Positions 44,486 through 54,781 of a DNA stretch of 64,000 nucleotides are shown one piece after another. The translations under genes and the position numbers were made by a program. Numbering within the stretch: position 1 is the stretch's first letter; the number at the start of each line of letters is the position of its first letter. The notes below the pieces were generated by a model that worked only from the letters and a program-made list of their open reading frames with translations, made no database searches and was not told where the DNA came from. Origin of the DNA: Phycisphaerales bacterium (GTDB lineage Bacteria; Planctomycetota; Phycisphaerae; Sedimentisphaerales; UBA12454); contig PLMU01000007.1 of assembly GCA_003142595.1 (NCBI GenBank), forward strand, positions 246,925 through 310,924, written 5' to 3'.

Positions 44486-47161
44486 ATGCAAACAAATCTC
44501 CAACGACAATCATTCCTTATCCTCATTCTTGGGATACTTTTCGCGGTCAGTCCTGCATATTGCAGCACTTATTTTGTCGACCCAAACGGAAATGACACTA
44601 CCGGCGACGGTTCCATAGACTCCCCCTGGAAAACGATTCCCAAAGCCGCGGGACTAGTCGTGGCCGGCGATACAATTTATGTTCGCGGCGGGACTCATGT
44701 ATATACAACGACCATTAATCTTACGGCAAGCGGGACATCCGGAGCCAAATATAATCTGCTTGCCTATGGCAGCGAGAAACCAATCCTCGATTTCTCCGGT
44801 ATGGCAGATGCTGATTCGAACAGAGGAATTAAGTTAAGCGGAAGTTACTGGTATCTCAAAGGTATCAACATTAAAGGTGCCGGCGATAATGGAATGAATT
44901 TGACGGGTTCAAATAACATTCTTGAATGTTGCTCCTTTTATGAGAATCGAGATTCAGGTTTACAATTAGATAACGGGGCATCATATAATCAAATGATAAA
45001 TTGCGATTCATATTATAACTATGACGCTCCGAATCAAGGAGGTAATGCTGATGGGTTTGCAACGAAGATGGGTGTAGGAACCGGCAATTCTTATTATGGC
45101 TGCAGGTCATGGCAAAACTCCGATGATGGGTATGATGGATATCTCAGGGGCGCCGATGATGTAAACACAACATTTACAAACTGCTGGGCTTTCAAAAACG
45201 GTTATTTCAAAGATGGAACCGCAGGCATCGGTAATGGCAATGGATTTAAGATGGGCGGGTGCGATGCGGATGCTAATGGTCAAAAACACTTGAGACATAA
45301 TGTGACTTTAAAAAATTGTCTCTCTTTTCAAAATTTGCAAAAAGGATTTGACCAAAATAGCGATAAAGGTTCAATGACTCTCATCAATTGCACGGCATTT
45401 AACAATGGCGGGAATAATTTTAGCATATCTACATCGCCGCTGGAACCCGGTAAGACGGCATCCGTTACCAATAGCATTTATTTTACAGGCGGGAATAGTC
45501 TCGGCAGTTTTGTTGTGCAAACAACAGATAGCTGGCAGAGCCCGTTTTCTGTTTCAAGTGCTGATTTTATCACTATTGACCCAACACAGGCTTATGCACC
45601 GAGAAAAGCTGACGGAAGTTTGCCGGATATCAGTTTTATGCATTTGGCACCGGGCAGCGATTTGATTGACGGAGGAACCAATGCAGGCTTACCATATAAC
45701 GGCCTTGGGCCGGATTTGGGATGCTTCGAATATTATGCAGCAGATACTGGTGAAACAACGCCGCCGACACCGAATCCGGCGATGTGGAATTTAATACCAA
45801 GCATAGTCAATTCAAGTTCAATAACAATGAGCGCAATTCCAGTAGGTGATGCCACAGGACCGGTACAGTATTACTTCGAATGCACCACTGACAACAGCAA
45901 AAGCAGCGGCTGGCAGACAAGCACTACGTATACGGTAACAGGCTTGGTACGGAATACCTCATATTCATTCAGAGTTAAGGCAAAAGATAACGCAACTGTT
46001 CCAAATGAAACAGGCTGGTCCAGTACTAAATCAGCGACGGCAGTTTTAATACCCTGGTTCGTCGCGGCCGGAACTGCTCAATCAGCTGTAGGTGCGATTA
46101 CCGTCCCCTGGCCGACGCATCAGGCAGGTGATGTTGCACTTCTTTTTGTTGAATCATGCGGAGGTCAGGCGGCAACACTTTCGACACCGGCAGGTTTCGT
46201 GAATGTAACCAACAGCCCACAGGCAACCGGAACAGGAACGGCCGGAACGCGACTCACCGTGTTCTGGTGCCGGGCGACATCGTCATCAATGAGTTCGCCG
46301 ACCGTGGCTAATCCGGGAGACCACGTTTATGGAAGGATACTAACATTCCGCAACGTTATCTCAACCGGCGACCCATGGGACGTGACGGCAGGCGGAATAA
46401 AAGCAACGGTGTCATTTAGTACGACATGCGAAGCGGTTACTACAACTGTCGACAACACGTTAATAGTTCTTGCAGCATCAAGAGATAATGACTCAACCGC
46501 AACGGCATGGGCAAATTGGACTAATGCAAATCTCACCATTCTTACAGAGCAAACGGACGGAGGAACTACATCAGGAAACGGCGGAGGCATAGGAGTGGCA
46601 ACAGGCTTCAAATTAACTGCCGGAGATACCGGTCAGACTATAGGAGCGTCAACATTTGCAACCGCTGGCACTGTTGACGGACATATGACTATCGCGCTTA
46701 AGCCAGAACCGGGCAGCAACCCGGCAGCGCCTACCGGCCTGACAGCAACAGCCGGTTATATACCCGTTAAGCTCGACTGGAACAACAATAGCGAAGGCGA
46801 CCTGGCAGGCTATAACGTGTATCGTTCGACAACTTCAGGCAGCGGCTACAGCAAGCTGAACAGCACACTTTTAACTGATTCGAACTATATTGACGATATT
46901 ACCTCTACCAACATAACCTATTATTATGTTGTTACAGCCGTAAATACAACCTCGAATGAGTCCACTTATTCGGGCCAGGTATTTGGCGGCCTTTACGGCG
47001 ATTTTACAGGCAATAAAATAGTAAAATTGGATGACCTTGCCGAATTTGCAACGTACTGGCTATTAGAGAATTGCACTGAAACCGCCGGAGTGGATTTGAA
47101 TGGCGACTGTATCGTCAATTTCGACGAATTTTCAGTGTTAGCGGATAACTGGATGAAATAA
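44486..47161 (+). CDS. multidomain pectate lyase-like enzyme (PL9-type beta-helix) with FN3 x2, an unknown beta domain and a dockerin-like tail
   Basis: 891 aa. The N-terminal YFVDPNGND..PWKTI..GDTIYVRGGTH is a DUF1565-like cap. NADGFATK, NSDDGYDGY and GNGNGFKMGG match the Ca-ligand/Lys pattern I recall for Pel9A. The C-terminal DLNGDCIVNFDEFSVLADNW is dockerin-like. Confidence 0.75.
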   Translation: MQTNLQRQSFLILILGILFAVSPAYCSTYFVDPNGNDTTGDGSIDSPWKTIPKAAGLVVAGDTIYVRGGTHVYTTTINLTASGTSGAKYNLLAYGSEKPILDFSGMADADSNRGIKLSGSYWYLKGINIKGAGDNGMNLTGSNNILECCSFYENRDSGLQLDNGASYNQMINCDSYYNYDAPNQGGNADGFATKMGVGTGNSYYGCRSWQNSDDGYDGYLRGADDVNTTFTNCWAFKNGYFKDGTAGIGNGNGFKMGGCDADANGQKHLRHNVTLKNCLSFQNLQKGFDQNSDKGSMTLINCTAFNNGGNNFSISTSPLEPGKTASVTNSIYFTGGNSLGSFVVQTTDSWQSPFSVSSADFITIDPTQAYAPRKADGSLPDISFMHLAPGSDLIDGGTNAGLPYNGLGPDLGCFEYYAADTGETTPPTPNPAMWNLIPSIVNSSSITMSAIPVGDATGPVQYYFECTTDNSKSSGWQTSTTYTVTGLVRNTSYSFRVKAKDNATVPNETGWSSTKSATAVLIPWFVAAGTAQSAVGAITVPWPTHQAGDVALLFVESCGGQAATLSTPAGFVNVTNSPQATGTGTAGTRLTVFWCRATSSSMSSPTVANPGDHVYGRILTFRNVISTGDPWDVTAGGIKATVSFSTTCEAVTTTVDNTLIVLAASRDNDSTATAWANWTNANLTILTEQTDGGTTSGNGGGIGVATGFKLTAGDTGQTIGASTFATAGTVDGHMTIALKPEPGSNPAAPTGLTATAGYIPVKLDWNNNSEGDLAGYNVYRSTTSGSGYSKLNSTLLTDSNYIDDITSTNITYYYVVTAVNTTSNESTYSGQVFGGLYGDFTGNKIVKLDDLAEFATYWLLENCTETAGVDLNGDCIVNFDEFSVLADNWMK

Positions 47162-47184
47162 ATCAAGTAAGTAGGGAAATAAAA

Positions 47185-50100
47185 ATGCAAAGAAATAAGA
47201 AAGCAAGAAAACACAGTTTTGTCCTGATAATGTTGTGGATGCTTTTGGCGGTCTGTCCTGCATATTGCAATACTTATTATGTCGACCCCAATGGAAGTAA
47301 CGGCAACCCTGGCGATATAGACCATCCATATCAAACGATTAACAAAGGCGTGAGCATGGCTGCGGCAGGCGACACTGTTTACGTGCGAGCCGGAACATAC
47401 ACATACTCAGGCTCAGCGCTCACTCTTTCTACCAAGAGCGGGTCAAGTCCAACCAATAGACCTAAATTGTTCTCTTACCAGAATGAACGGCCGCTTGTGG
47501 ATCTCTCGGCAATGGGGACTGGCAGCACCAATGGTATTAGAATCAACGGCAACTATTGGTATATCAAGGGAATAGATTTCAGAGGAGCCCCGAATAACGG
47601 TATAGCAATTACTGGTGGAAGTTATAATATCATAGAATTCTGCCGCGCATACGAAAACAGGGATAGCGGCGTTCAATTGGGTAATGGTGCATCGTATAAT
47701 CAAATCATAAATTGCGATTCCTATTACAACTATGATCCTGATACTGGCGGCCAAAACGCCGATGGTTTTTCACCGAAGATGGATGTCGGCACAGGCGATT
47801 ATTTTTACGGCTGCAGGTCGTGGCAGAACTCGGATGACGGATATGATGGATATCTCAGGGGCAGCGATAACGTAGATGTTACTTATGAAAACTGCTGGGC
47901 TTTTAAAAATGGTTACCTTAAAGATGCAAACTCAACGGTCCATGGCAACGGCAATGGATTTAAGATGGGTGGAAGCGATGATAAGACTTTGAGACATAAT
48001 GTCACTCTGATAAACTGCCTGTCATTCCTGAATCTGGTCAAAGGATTTGACCAAAACAATAATAGAGGTTCAATGACACTCTACAATTGCACAGCATACA
48101 ATAATGGCGGGAACAATTATTACTTCTCGAACTCGGAACCGCTGGCCGATGGTAAGACGGCAACAGTTGCTAATTGCGTTTATTTTACAGGAACGATAAG
48201 TTTAGCAGATTTTGTTGTGCAAATGACAAATAGCTGGCTGAGCCCGTTTGTTGTTACCAGTGATGATTTTAACAGCATTGATCCTTCCGCGGCTTACGGG
48301 CCACGAAATGCCGACGGCAGTTTGCCTGACATTACTTTTATGCACCCTGTGGTCGGAAGCGACCTCATCGATGGAGGAACTAATGTCTGGCTGCCATACT
48401 GCGGCAGTGCACCAGACCTGGGATACTTTGAGTACTGCACAGGCATTTATCCCGGCGTAGCAAGCAATCCGACGCCGGCTTCCGGCACAACAGGCGTAAG
48501 CAATACTCAAACCCTCAGTTGGACCGCAGGGGCAAACACTACTTCGCACGATGTATATTTCGGACCTTATATTTATCCGCCATTTATAGGCAATCAAACC
48601 GGTACAACTTATGACACCGGAACGATGGTCCAGGGCATAACTTATTACTGGCGTATAACTGAAAAGAACACAGACTGCACAACTCCGGGGGTAGTCTGGA
48701 GCTTTACTACTGCTCCTCCTCCGCCGCCGGGCCCGGCAACTGATCCGACACCGACCAATGGCGCAACAGGCGTAAGCCAGACTCAGGACCTCAGCTGGAC
48801 TGCAGGCAGCGGTATAGTAGACTCATACAATGTATATTTCGGAACAGCGGCTTCTCCGCCGCTGGTACTCAGCCATCAGCTAAGCACATCTTATGGCGAC
48901 ACCGGAACGATGGTCCCGGGCATAACTTATTACTGGCGTATAGACGAAAATAATTTAGGCGGCACAACCACAGGGGCAGTCTGGCACTTTACTATTGCTC
49001 CTCCTCCGCTACCGGGTCCAGCAAGCAACCTGATACCGGCTGACGGCGCAATAAATGTCAGCCAGACTCAGGACCTACTCTGGACAGCGGGCAGCGGTAT
49101 AGTAGACTCACACGATGTTTATTTCGGAACTGCAGCTTCTCCGCCGCTGGTAAGCAGCCATCAGACAGCCACAAGTTATGACACCGGAATAATGACACAG
49201 GGGACAACATATTATTGGCATATAGACGAAAATAATTTAGGCGGCACAACCACAGGGGCAGTCCAGAGCTTTACCACTACAGCCCAGCAGAATGTCATAA
49301 TCATAGGCTCGTGGGTAAAAGGCACAACTCATGCAAAAGAAACAGGCACTAATCGCGGATTAATTTTCATTGCGCACGCCAAGCAGACTTCTTCGCCTGA
49401 TCCAAACCTGACTGCCGTAAAATACGGCGGCCAGAGTATGACCAGGATTATTACGAAACTCCAGGGTTCAGGTACATCCAACACACCATATGTGGCGGCA
49501 TTTTATCTTAATGAAGCCGGTATAGCTGCTGCAACTAATACCACCTTTACGCCCACATGGACTAACTTGCCGACTTATGTCGATTATACAAGTGCTTTTG
49601 TTGAAAATGTTAATCAAACAACCAGTATTGGCGCTACTGACAGCAACGGCACAGGGACAGGGACTGGCGCTACTATAGGAGCCTCTCCGCCGCTGACTAC
49701 CACAGCAGGTGATATAGTTATCGAAGCTTCTGCTACTACCTCTTCAAGTGCAGGCACATATACCGCAAACAATGGTTTTACTAAAGATTTTGACAATTCA
49801 AATTCCAGCTTTGATGCTATGGATGGACACAAAACGGCAACAGGTGTACCTGAAACACCAAGCGTAACGCACTCTATCAATTCCAACGTCAAAGTACTCA
49901 TTGGCTTTGTTGTCAAGGACATGGTAGCTTCACCACCGGATGCAGCAAGCAATCCATCGCCGTCTGCCGGCGCAACAAATGTCAGCTTGACTCAAGACTT
50001 AAGCTGGACACCGGGCTCAGGAGCAACATCACACGATGTATATTTCGGAACTGCAGCTTCTCCGCCGCAGGTAAGCAGCAGTCAGACAGGCACAACCTAC

Positions 50101-50709
50101 GATACCGGCACAATGACGTCGCTGACAACATATTACTGGCGTATAGATGAAGAGAATTCGAGCGGCACAAACACAGGTCCAGTCTGGAGCTTTACAACTG
50201 CGGACACTATACCGCCGACACCGAACCCGATGACATGGGCACACGAGCCTAATACAGTCAATAGCAGTTCCATCACAATGACGGCAACTACAGCGTCGGA
50301 TGATTCCGGAGTCCAATATTACTTTGCCAACATAACAGACTCAAATCATGATTCCGGCTGGGTATCAAATTCAGCGTGGACAGATACGGGCCTTACAAAT
50401 AACACGAAATACTTCTATAAGGTCAAGGCTCGTGATATGAGCGCAAACCATAATGAAACCGGCTTGTCGTTGGCAGATGCAAACGCTACAACTTTGGTGT
50501 GGAACTGCGCTATGTCGATCGCTTCTGATCTTACCGGCAATTGCCAGGTGGACTTCCTTGATTTTGTCCGATTAGCCGACGCCTGGGCAGGCAATCCGCC
50601 GGATGTCGATTTGAACGGCGACAATGTTCTGGACTTAAAAGACCTTGCACAATTCGCAGCAGACTGGCTGACGTGCAACCGCGTCCCTGCCGGAGAATGC
50701 TGGAAATAG
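47185..50709 (+). CDS. multidomain pectate lyase-like enzyme (PL9-type) with 4 copies of a ~95-aa YYWR repeat, an unknown beta domain, FN3 and a double dockerin-like tail
   Basis: 1174 aa. Its catalytic region is paralogous to 44486 (NADGFSPK, NSDDGYDGY, GNGNGFKMGG). The gene starts 24 nt after the previous stop. Confidence 0.75.
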   Translation: MQRNKKARKHSFVLIMLWMLLAVCPAYCNTYYVDPNGSNGNPGDIDHPYQTINKGVSMAAAGDTVYVRAGTYTYSGSALTLSTKSGSSPTNRPKLFSYQNERPLVDLSAMGTGSTNGIRINGNYWYIKGIDFRGAPNNGIAITGGSYNIIEFCRAYENRDSGVQLGNGASYNQIINCDSYYNYDPDTGGQNADGFSPKMDVGTGDYFYGCRSWQNSDDGYDGYLRGSDNVDVTYENCWAFKNGYLKDANSTVHGNGNGFKMGGSDDKTLRHNVTLINCLSFLNLVKGFDQNNNRGSMTLYNCTAYNNGGNNYYFSNSEPLADGKTATVANCVYFTGTISLADFVVQMTNSWLSPFVVTSDDFNSIDPSAAYGPRNADGSLPDITFMHPVVGSDLIDGGTNVWLPYCGSAPDLGYFEYCTGIYPGVASNPTPASGTTGVSNTQTLSWTAGANTTSHDVYFGPYIYPPFIGNQTGTTYDTGTMVQGITYYWRITEKNTDCTTPGVVWSFTTAPPPPPGPATDPTPTNGATGVSQTQDLSWTAGSGIVDSYNVYFGTAASPPLVLSHQLSTSYGDTGTMVPGITYYWRIDENNLGGTTTGAVWHFTIAPPPLPGPASNLIPADGAINVSQTQDLLWTAGSGIVDSHDVYFGTAASPPLVSSHQTATSYDTGIMTQGTTYYWHIDENNLGGTTTGAVQSFTTTAQQNVIIIGSWVKGTTHAKETGTNRGLIFIAHAKQTSSPDPNLTAVKYGGQSMTRIITKLQGSGTSNTPYVAAFYLNEAGIAAATNTTFTPTWTNLPTYVDYTSAFVENVNQTTSIGATDSNGTGTGTGATIGASPPLTTTAGDIVIEASATTSSSAGTYTANNGFTKDFDNSNSSFDAMDGHKTATGVPETPSVTHSINSNVKVLIGFVVKDMVASPPDAASNPSPSAGATNVSLTQDLSWTPGSGATSHDVYFGTAASPPQVSSSQTGTTYDTGTMTSLTTYYWRIDEENSSGTNTGPVWSFTTADTIPPTPNPMTWAHEPNTVNSSSITMTATTASDDSGVQYYFANITDSNHDSGWVSNSAWTDTGLTNNTKYFYKVKARDMSANHNETGLSLADANATTLVWNCAMSIASDLTGNCQVDFLDFVRLADAWAGNPPDVDLNGDNVLDLKDLAQFAADWLTCNRVPAGECWK
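48463..49283 (+). repeat. three tandem ~285-bp coding repeats (a fourth copy lies at ~49945-50200)
   Basis: The units encode P.(A/T)G(A/T)TGVS.TQ.LSWTAG....SHDVYFGT..SPP.......T.YDTGTM..G.TYYWRIDE.N..G.TTG.VW.FTT. Units 2 and 3 share long identical nucleotide runs (e.g. tagacgaaaataatttaggcggcacaaccacaggggcagtc). Confidence 0.8.
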
Positions 50710-50729
50710 AATGACTTAATAGAAATTTT

Positions 50730-50770
50730 GCCGGGCATTAAATTTGCTGTAATTTAATGCCCGGTTTTGT
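50730..50770 (+). terminator. rho-independent terminator of the lyase pair
   Basis: ccgggcattaaatt(50731-44)-tgctgt-aatttaatgcccgg(50751-64) is a perfect 14-bp stem followed by TTTTGT. Confidence 0.8.
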
Positions 50771-50816
50771 ATATTGACATAGAACTGGATGAAATAAACT
50801 AAGCAAGGAAGCAAAT

Positions 50817-52049
50817 ATGAAAAGAAATAATGGGTTAAGGAATTTTTGTTTCATTCTATTTATACTTTTCGCGGTTTGTCCGGCGTTTTGCGGCAGTTAT
50901 TTTGTCGCACCGGACGGAAACGACAGCGGCAACGGCACTATCAAACATCCCTTTAAAACGATTCCCAAGGCAGTGAGCATAGCTGCCCCGGGCGATACTA
51001 TTTTTCTGCGCGGCGGCGTGCACGACTATAATAGCACTATCTCGATTTCAAAAAGCGGAACACCGAAAAAACTCATAACACTGCAGGGGTATCGAAATGA
51101 GAACGTCATCCTGGATTTCGCAAAGCAGGCGGAAGAAAAAGGAAATAATGGGATTTACCTGACGGGAAGTTATTGGCACCTTAAGAGTGTTATTATTCAG
51201 CACGCCGGGTCTTACGGTTTCTGCACAATCGGAACTCATAATATTTTCGAGCAGATTATAACACGAATGAACAGAAACGCCGGTTTCCGTATGTCGGCCG
51301 GCTCTGCTTATAACCTGATTTTAAACTGCGATTCATATCTGAACTACGACCCGAAAAAGCACGGCGAAGACGCTGACGGCTTCGCAACCAAAGGCTCAAC
51401 CGGATGCACGGCCTGTCTTGGACCGGGGAATATAATTCGCGGCTGCCGGGCGTGGAGCAATTCCGATGACGGCTTCGATTTGTGGTGGGCAAACAATGCT
51501 ATCAGGGTTGAGGATTGCTGGGCATTTCGCAACGGCGAAAATATCTGGAATGACCCTAATTTTCAGGGAGATGGCAACGGGTTTAAACTGGGACAAGGCG
51601 GCGGCAATCATATTGTTATCCGGTGTATAGCTTATAATCAGGAACATAACGGATTCGATTTAAACCGAAAAAGAACAGATGCTACGGGAGTTACCGTTTA
51701 TAATTGCACAGGCGTCGGTAACCGGGAGAAAAATTTTAGCTTCAATAATCCCACTACCGCAGGCGCTCATCATATATTACGCAATAACATTTCATATTTA
51801 GGTATAGATACAATCGGCACTGAGATTGATAATTCGCATAATTCATGGAACAAAGGCTTCACTGTCAGCGCTGCGGATTTCACAAGCCTTGACGCTAATG
51901 GAATCGACGGCCCGCGCGGGCCGAAAGGCGAACTGCCTAAACTGAAGTTTCTCCATCTTGCCGAAAAAAGCCCGCTGATAGACGCTGGAACTGATGTGAA
52001 ACTACCCTTTAAAGGCAAATCGCCCGACCTGGGAGCGTTTGAATATTAA
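50817..52049 (+). CDS. single-domain pectate lyase-like enzyme (PL9-type)
   Basis: 410 aa with the same leader style (FAVCPAFCGSYFVAPDGND). It also carries EDADGFATK, NSDDGFDLW and GDGNGFKLGQGG. Confidence 0.75.
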   Translation: MKRNNGLRNFCFILFILFAVCPAFCGSYFVAPDGNDSGNGTIKHPFKTIPKAVSIAAPGDTIFLRGGVHDYNSTISISKSGTPKKLITLQGYRNENVILDFAKQAEEKGNNGIYLTGSYWHLKSVIIQHAGSYGFCTIGTHNIFEQIITRMNRNAGFRMSAGSAYNLILNCDSYLNYDPKKHGEDADGFATKGSTGCTACLGPGNIIRGCRAWSNSDDGFDLWWANNAIRVEDCWAFRNGENIWNDPNFQGDGNGFKLGQGGGNHIVIRCIAYNQEHNGFDLNRKRTDATGVTVYNCTGVGNREKNFSFNNPTTAGAHHILRNNISYLGIDTIGTEIDNSHNSWNKGFTVSAADFTSLDANGIDGPRGPKGELPKLKFLHLAEKSPLIDAGTDVKLPFKGKSPDLGAFEY

Positions 52050-52190
52050 GATACCAACTGCCTGTATTTAAATCAGTTTACCCCCACAGAATTTCGTTAA
52101 TAAAAATCGTGATTTTTTAAGATAGGTTTGATATTCTATTGGAAATGAGGTTCAACGGTATAGTTGAGCAGATTTAAATAGATTAACAGA

Positions 52191-53873
52191 ATGCAAAATT
52201 TAATGGCACCGGAACAAAAAGGGATTTTTAAGAGCAATTGGCTGTCTGCAATTTTTATTGCTGCAGGCGTCCTGTGTCTATATCTTCTGATTGCAAGCCG
52301 AAGTACGCTGTGGGACAGAGATGAGCCGAGGTATGCAAGAGCGACGGTTGAGATGATCGAAAGCGGCAACTACCTTGTGCCCACCTTAAACGGTAATATC
52401 TGGTTCGACAAACCGATTCTGATTTACTGGCTGATGTCTGTGCCGGTGCGGCTGCTGGGGGCAAGTGAAATTTCCTGCCGGTTTTGCGGAGCGGTGGGAA
52501 CCGCGATAACGTGCCTGCTGACATTTTTTATAGGCAAACGACTTTTTAATGCAAAGATCGGGTTATGGGCGGAAATAATTCTGGCAACAACATTATTAAT
52601 GACGGTTGTAGGAAGTGCCGCGCTAGTGGATGGTATACTGCTGCCTCTTATCGTTGGAGTGATGGCAATTTTTATTGGATGGGACCGGAATAGAATTCGA
52701 ATTCCAGATGTTGCTGCAGTCGGGGTGCTGATGGGTTTAGGAATGCTCGCGAAAGGACCGGGAGGATTGCTGCCGGTGCCTGTGATGATTATTTTCCTCT
52801 GGTTTGACCGCAGGAACATCGGCGATTTTATTCGCGGCTTCTCAGGAATCGCATTTTCAGCGGTTATTGCGGCCGTAATTTTTCTCTTATGGGCAATTCC
52901 AGCCAACAATGCTTCAGGCGGCGAGTTTGTACGCACCTTTATCGGCCGGCACGTATTGTCGTGGGCGGTCCATCCTCTGCATAGTCATGGCGGGAACTTT
53001 TTCCTCTACCTGCCATATTATCTGCCTGTTATTCTGGTAGGGTTTTTCCCGTGGATACTGTTCCTGCCCGGAGCCATATCGGTTGTAGTCGGCGGACGAA
53101 CAGGCGATGGAAAATCCCGTATTCTCCTGATAGTCTGGGGCGCGTCGATGTTTATTCTTGTGAGTATACTAAAGACCAAATTACCCCATTATATATTATT
53201 CATCTGGCCGGGGCTGGCTTTATCAGTGGCTGCGACAATTGCTGCCCAACAGAATAACACTCTGACCAACCGTGACCGAAAATGGTTAAGAGGCGGCGTA
53301 TGGTTCTTTGGAACAGCAGCAGTTATGATAGCTGCAGGGCTTATTGCAGGTCCGTGGTTTACGCAGGTAAAAATGCTGCGGCTGTCCGGCGCAGTCAGCG
53401 GTATAGTGCTACTGGCGATGGCTGCGACTGCTATTCGCTTTCAGTTAGCAGAGAAATTCGCACAAAGCGCCAAGACACTGCTGGCCGGATTTCTCATTTT
53501 TCTAATCCTAATTTTGTTCGGCGTATTGCCGGGACTTGAGCAGACAAAAATAACTCCTTCCATTTCACAAGCAATAAATAAAAATACAGCAGCAGATGTG
53601 CCGGTGGCAGCATACAAATTCGCAGAGCCAAGTCTGAATTTTTATATTGGACGAAAACTTGAGAAGCTCAATGACAAAGAAGCCGTTATAAGCTGGGCCA
53701 ACCAGCCGCAGTCTGGAGTTCTGATTATCCCTGCAGATATCCTGGCGGATATTCTACAGGGCAGCGGACCTTTGCCCCTACTTGAAATAGCATCGAAAAA
53801 AGGTTATAATTATTCTAACGGTAAGGAAGTCAAAATTCTGGCAATGATTCGTGGAAAGGATAATCCAAAATGA
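52191..53873 (+). CDS. GT39/GT83 (ArnT/PMT-like) membrane glycosyltransferase
   Basis: 560 aa, polytopic. RDEPRYARATVEMIESGNYLVPTLNGNIWFDKPILIYW matches the ArnT-family first periplasmic loop. Confidence 0.8.
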   Translation: MQNLMAPEQKGIFKSNWLSAIFIAAGVLCLYLLIASRSTLWDRDEPRYARATVEMIESGNYLVPTLNGNIWFDKPILIYWLMSVPVRLLGASEISCRFCGAVGTAITCLLTFFIGKRLFNAKIGLWAEIILATTLLMTVVGSAALVDGILLPLIVGVMAIFIGWDRNRIRIPDVAAVGVLMGLGMLAKGPGGLLPVPVMIIFLWFDRRNIGDFIRGFSGIAFSAVIAAVIFLLWAIPANNASGGEFVRTFIGRHVLSWAVHPLHSHGGNFFLYLPYYLPVILVGFFPWILFLPGAISVVVGGRTGDGKSRILLIVWGASMFILVSILKTKLPHYILFIWPGLALSVAATIAAQQNNTLTNRDRKWLRGGVWFFGTAAVMIAAGLIAGPWFTQVKMLRLSGAVSGIVLLAMAATAIRFQLAEKFAQSAKTLLAGFLIFLILILFGVLPGLEQTKITPSISQAINKNTAADVPVAAYKFAEPSLNFYIGRKLEKLNDKEAVISWANQPQSGVLIIPADILADILQGSGPLPLLEIASKKGYNYSNGKEVKILAMIRGKDNPK

Positions 53874-54745
53874 ATGAAATATCCCCCAGGTCAACATCCA
53901 ATCGATTCGGTTTGACAATCTTTGTGTCTATTATTGTTCTGGGGATTGGGGCATTGCTCGCTTATTACTTTATTGATGAACGTGTTATTTCCTGGATATC
54001 GTCCAGAGATTTGGACAGTTTTACCGGCGCGAAATTAATCAAAATATTGGGTAAAGTCTGTGTGCCGCTCTGGCTGCTGTTTTTGTGGGGTTATCTAAAA
54101 AACAGGTTACAAATAGTTCTGGCAGGTTCGCTGTCCATGCTGCTGGCACTGGCAATTGTAGGGCCGGGTAAAATTCTAACACATAGAGAAAGGCCTCGTG
54201 AGCTTCTTAAACATTCAGAAATAGTGCAGGATTCGCAGGGAAAAACTACGATAAAAAATCTGTTATCTGAGTCGGCATATGGTCGTTTTAATATGCAGCA
54301 TTTTCGCAAGACGCGATATCAGTCATTTCCTTCCGGCGACACTGCCACGGTATTTGCTCCTACTATCACGGTAGTACCATTCGTTTCGGGATTGAGTTTA
54401 TCGATACTGTTCATTCTTTCCACCATGGTCGGTTCTATGACAGTAACAGGACTGTCTCACTATCCATCAGACATTTTTGCCGGGGCGGTTGTCGGTATTT
54501 TTTGCGGCTGGCTCGCATTAAAAATCAGCCGCCAGTGGATATCGCAAAACTCGTTCCGCATAAATGAATGGTGGCGGAAAGTTGTACTCATCGGGCTTAT
54601 TCTCATACCTTTGATAAATTTTTCTTCCGGTAATTTTAGAAGTCCGCTCATTTTTTTTGGCAGCAGCGCGGCATTGGCAGGTTGCGTTTATGCAGCAAAT
54701 AAAATTTCGGCGTTATGGCATAAAAATACAAATGATACTGAATGA
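53870..54745 (+). CDS. PAP2-superfamily membrane phosphatase (divergent)
   Basis: 291 aa. C1 KILTHRERP (Kx6RP) is intact. C2 reads SFPSGD (His->Asp). C3 reads LSHYPSD (HxxxD present, the usual SR not evident). ATGA overlap with the upstream GT. Confidence 0.65.
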   Translation: MNEISPRSTSNRFGLTIFVSIIVLGIGALLAYYFIDERVISWISSRDLDSFTGAKLIKILGKVCVPLWLLFLWGYLKNRLQIVLAGSLSMLLALAIVGPGKILTHRERPRELLKHSEIVQDSQGKTTIKNLLSESAYGRFNMQHFRKTRYQSFPSGDTATVFAPTITVVPFVSGLSLSILFILSTMVGSMTVTGLSHYPSDIFAGAVVGIFCGWLALKISRQWISQNSFRINEWWRKVVLIGLILIPLINFSSGNFRSPLIFFGSSAALAGCVYAANKISALWHKNTNDTE

Positions 54746-54781
54746 AGAACACAATAAAAATTGAAGAATGGAAGCGAAACA

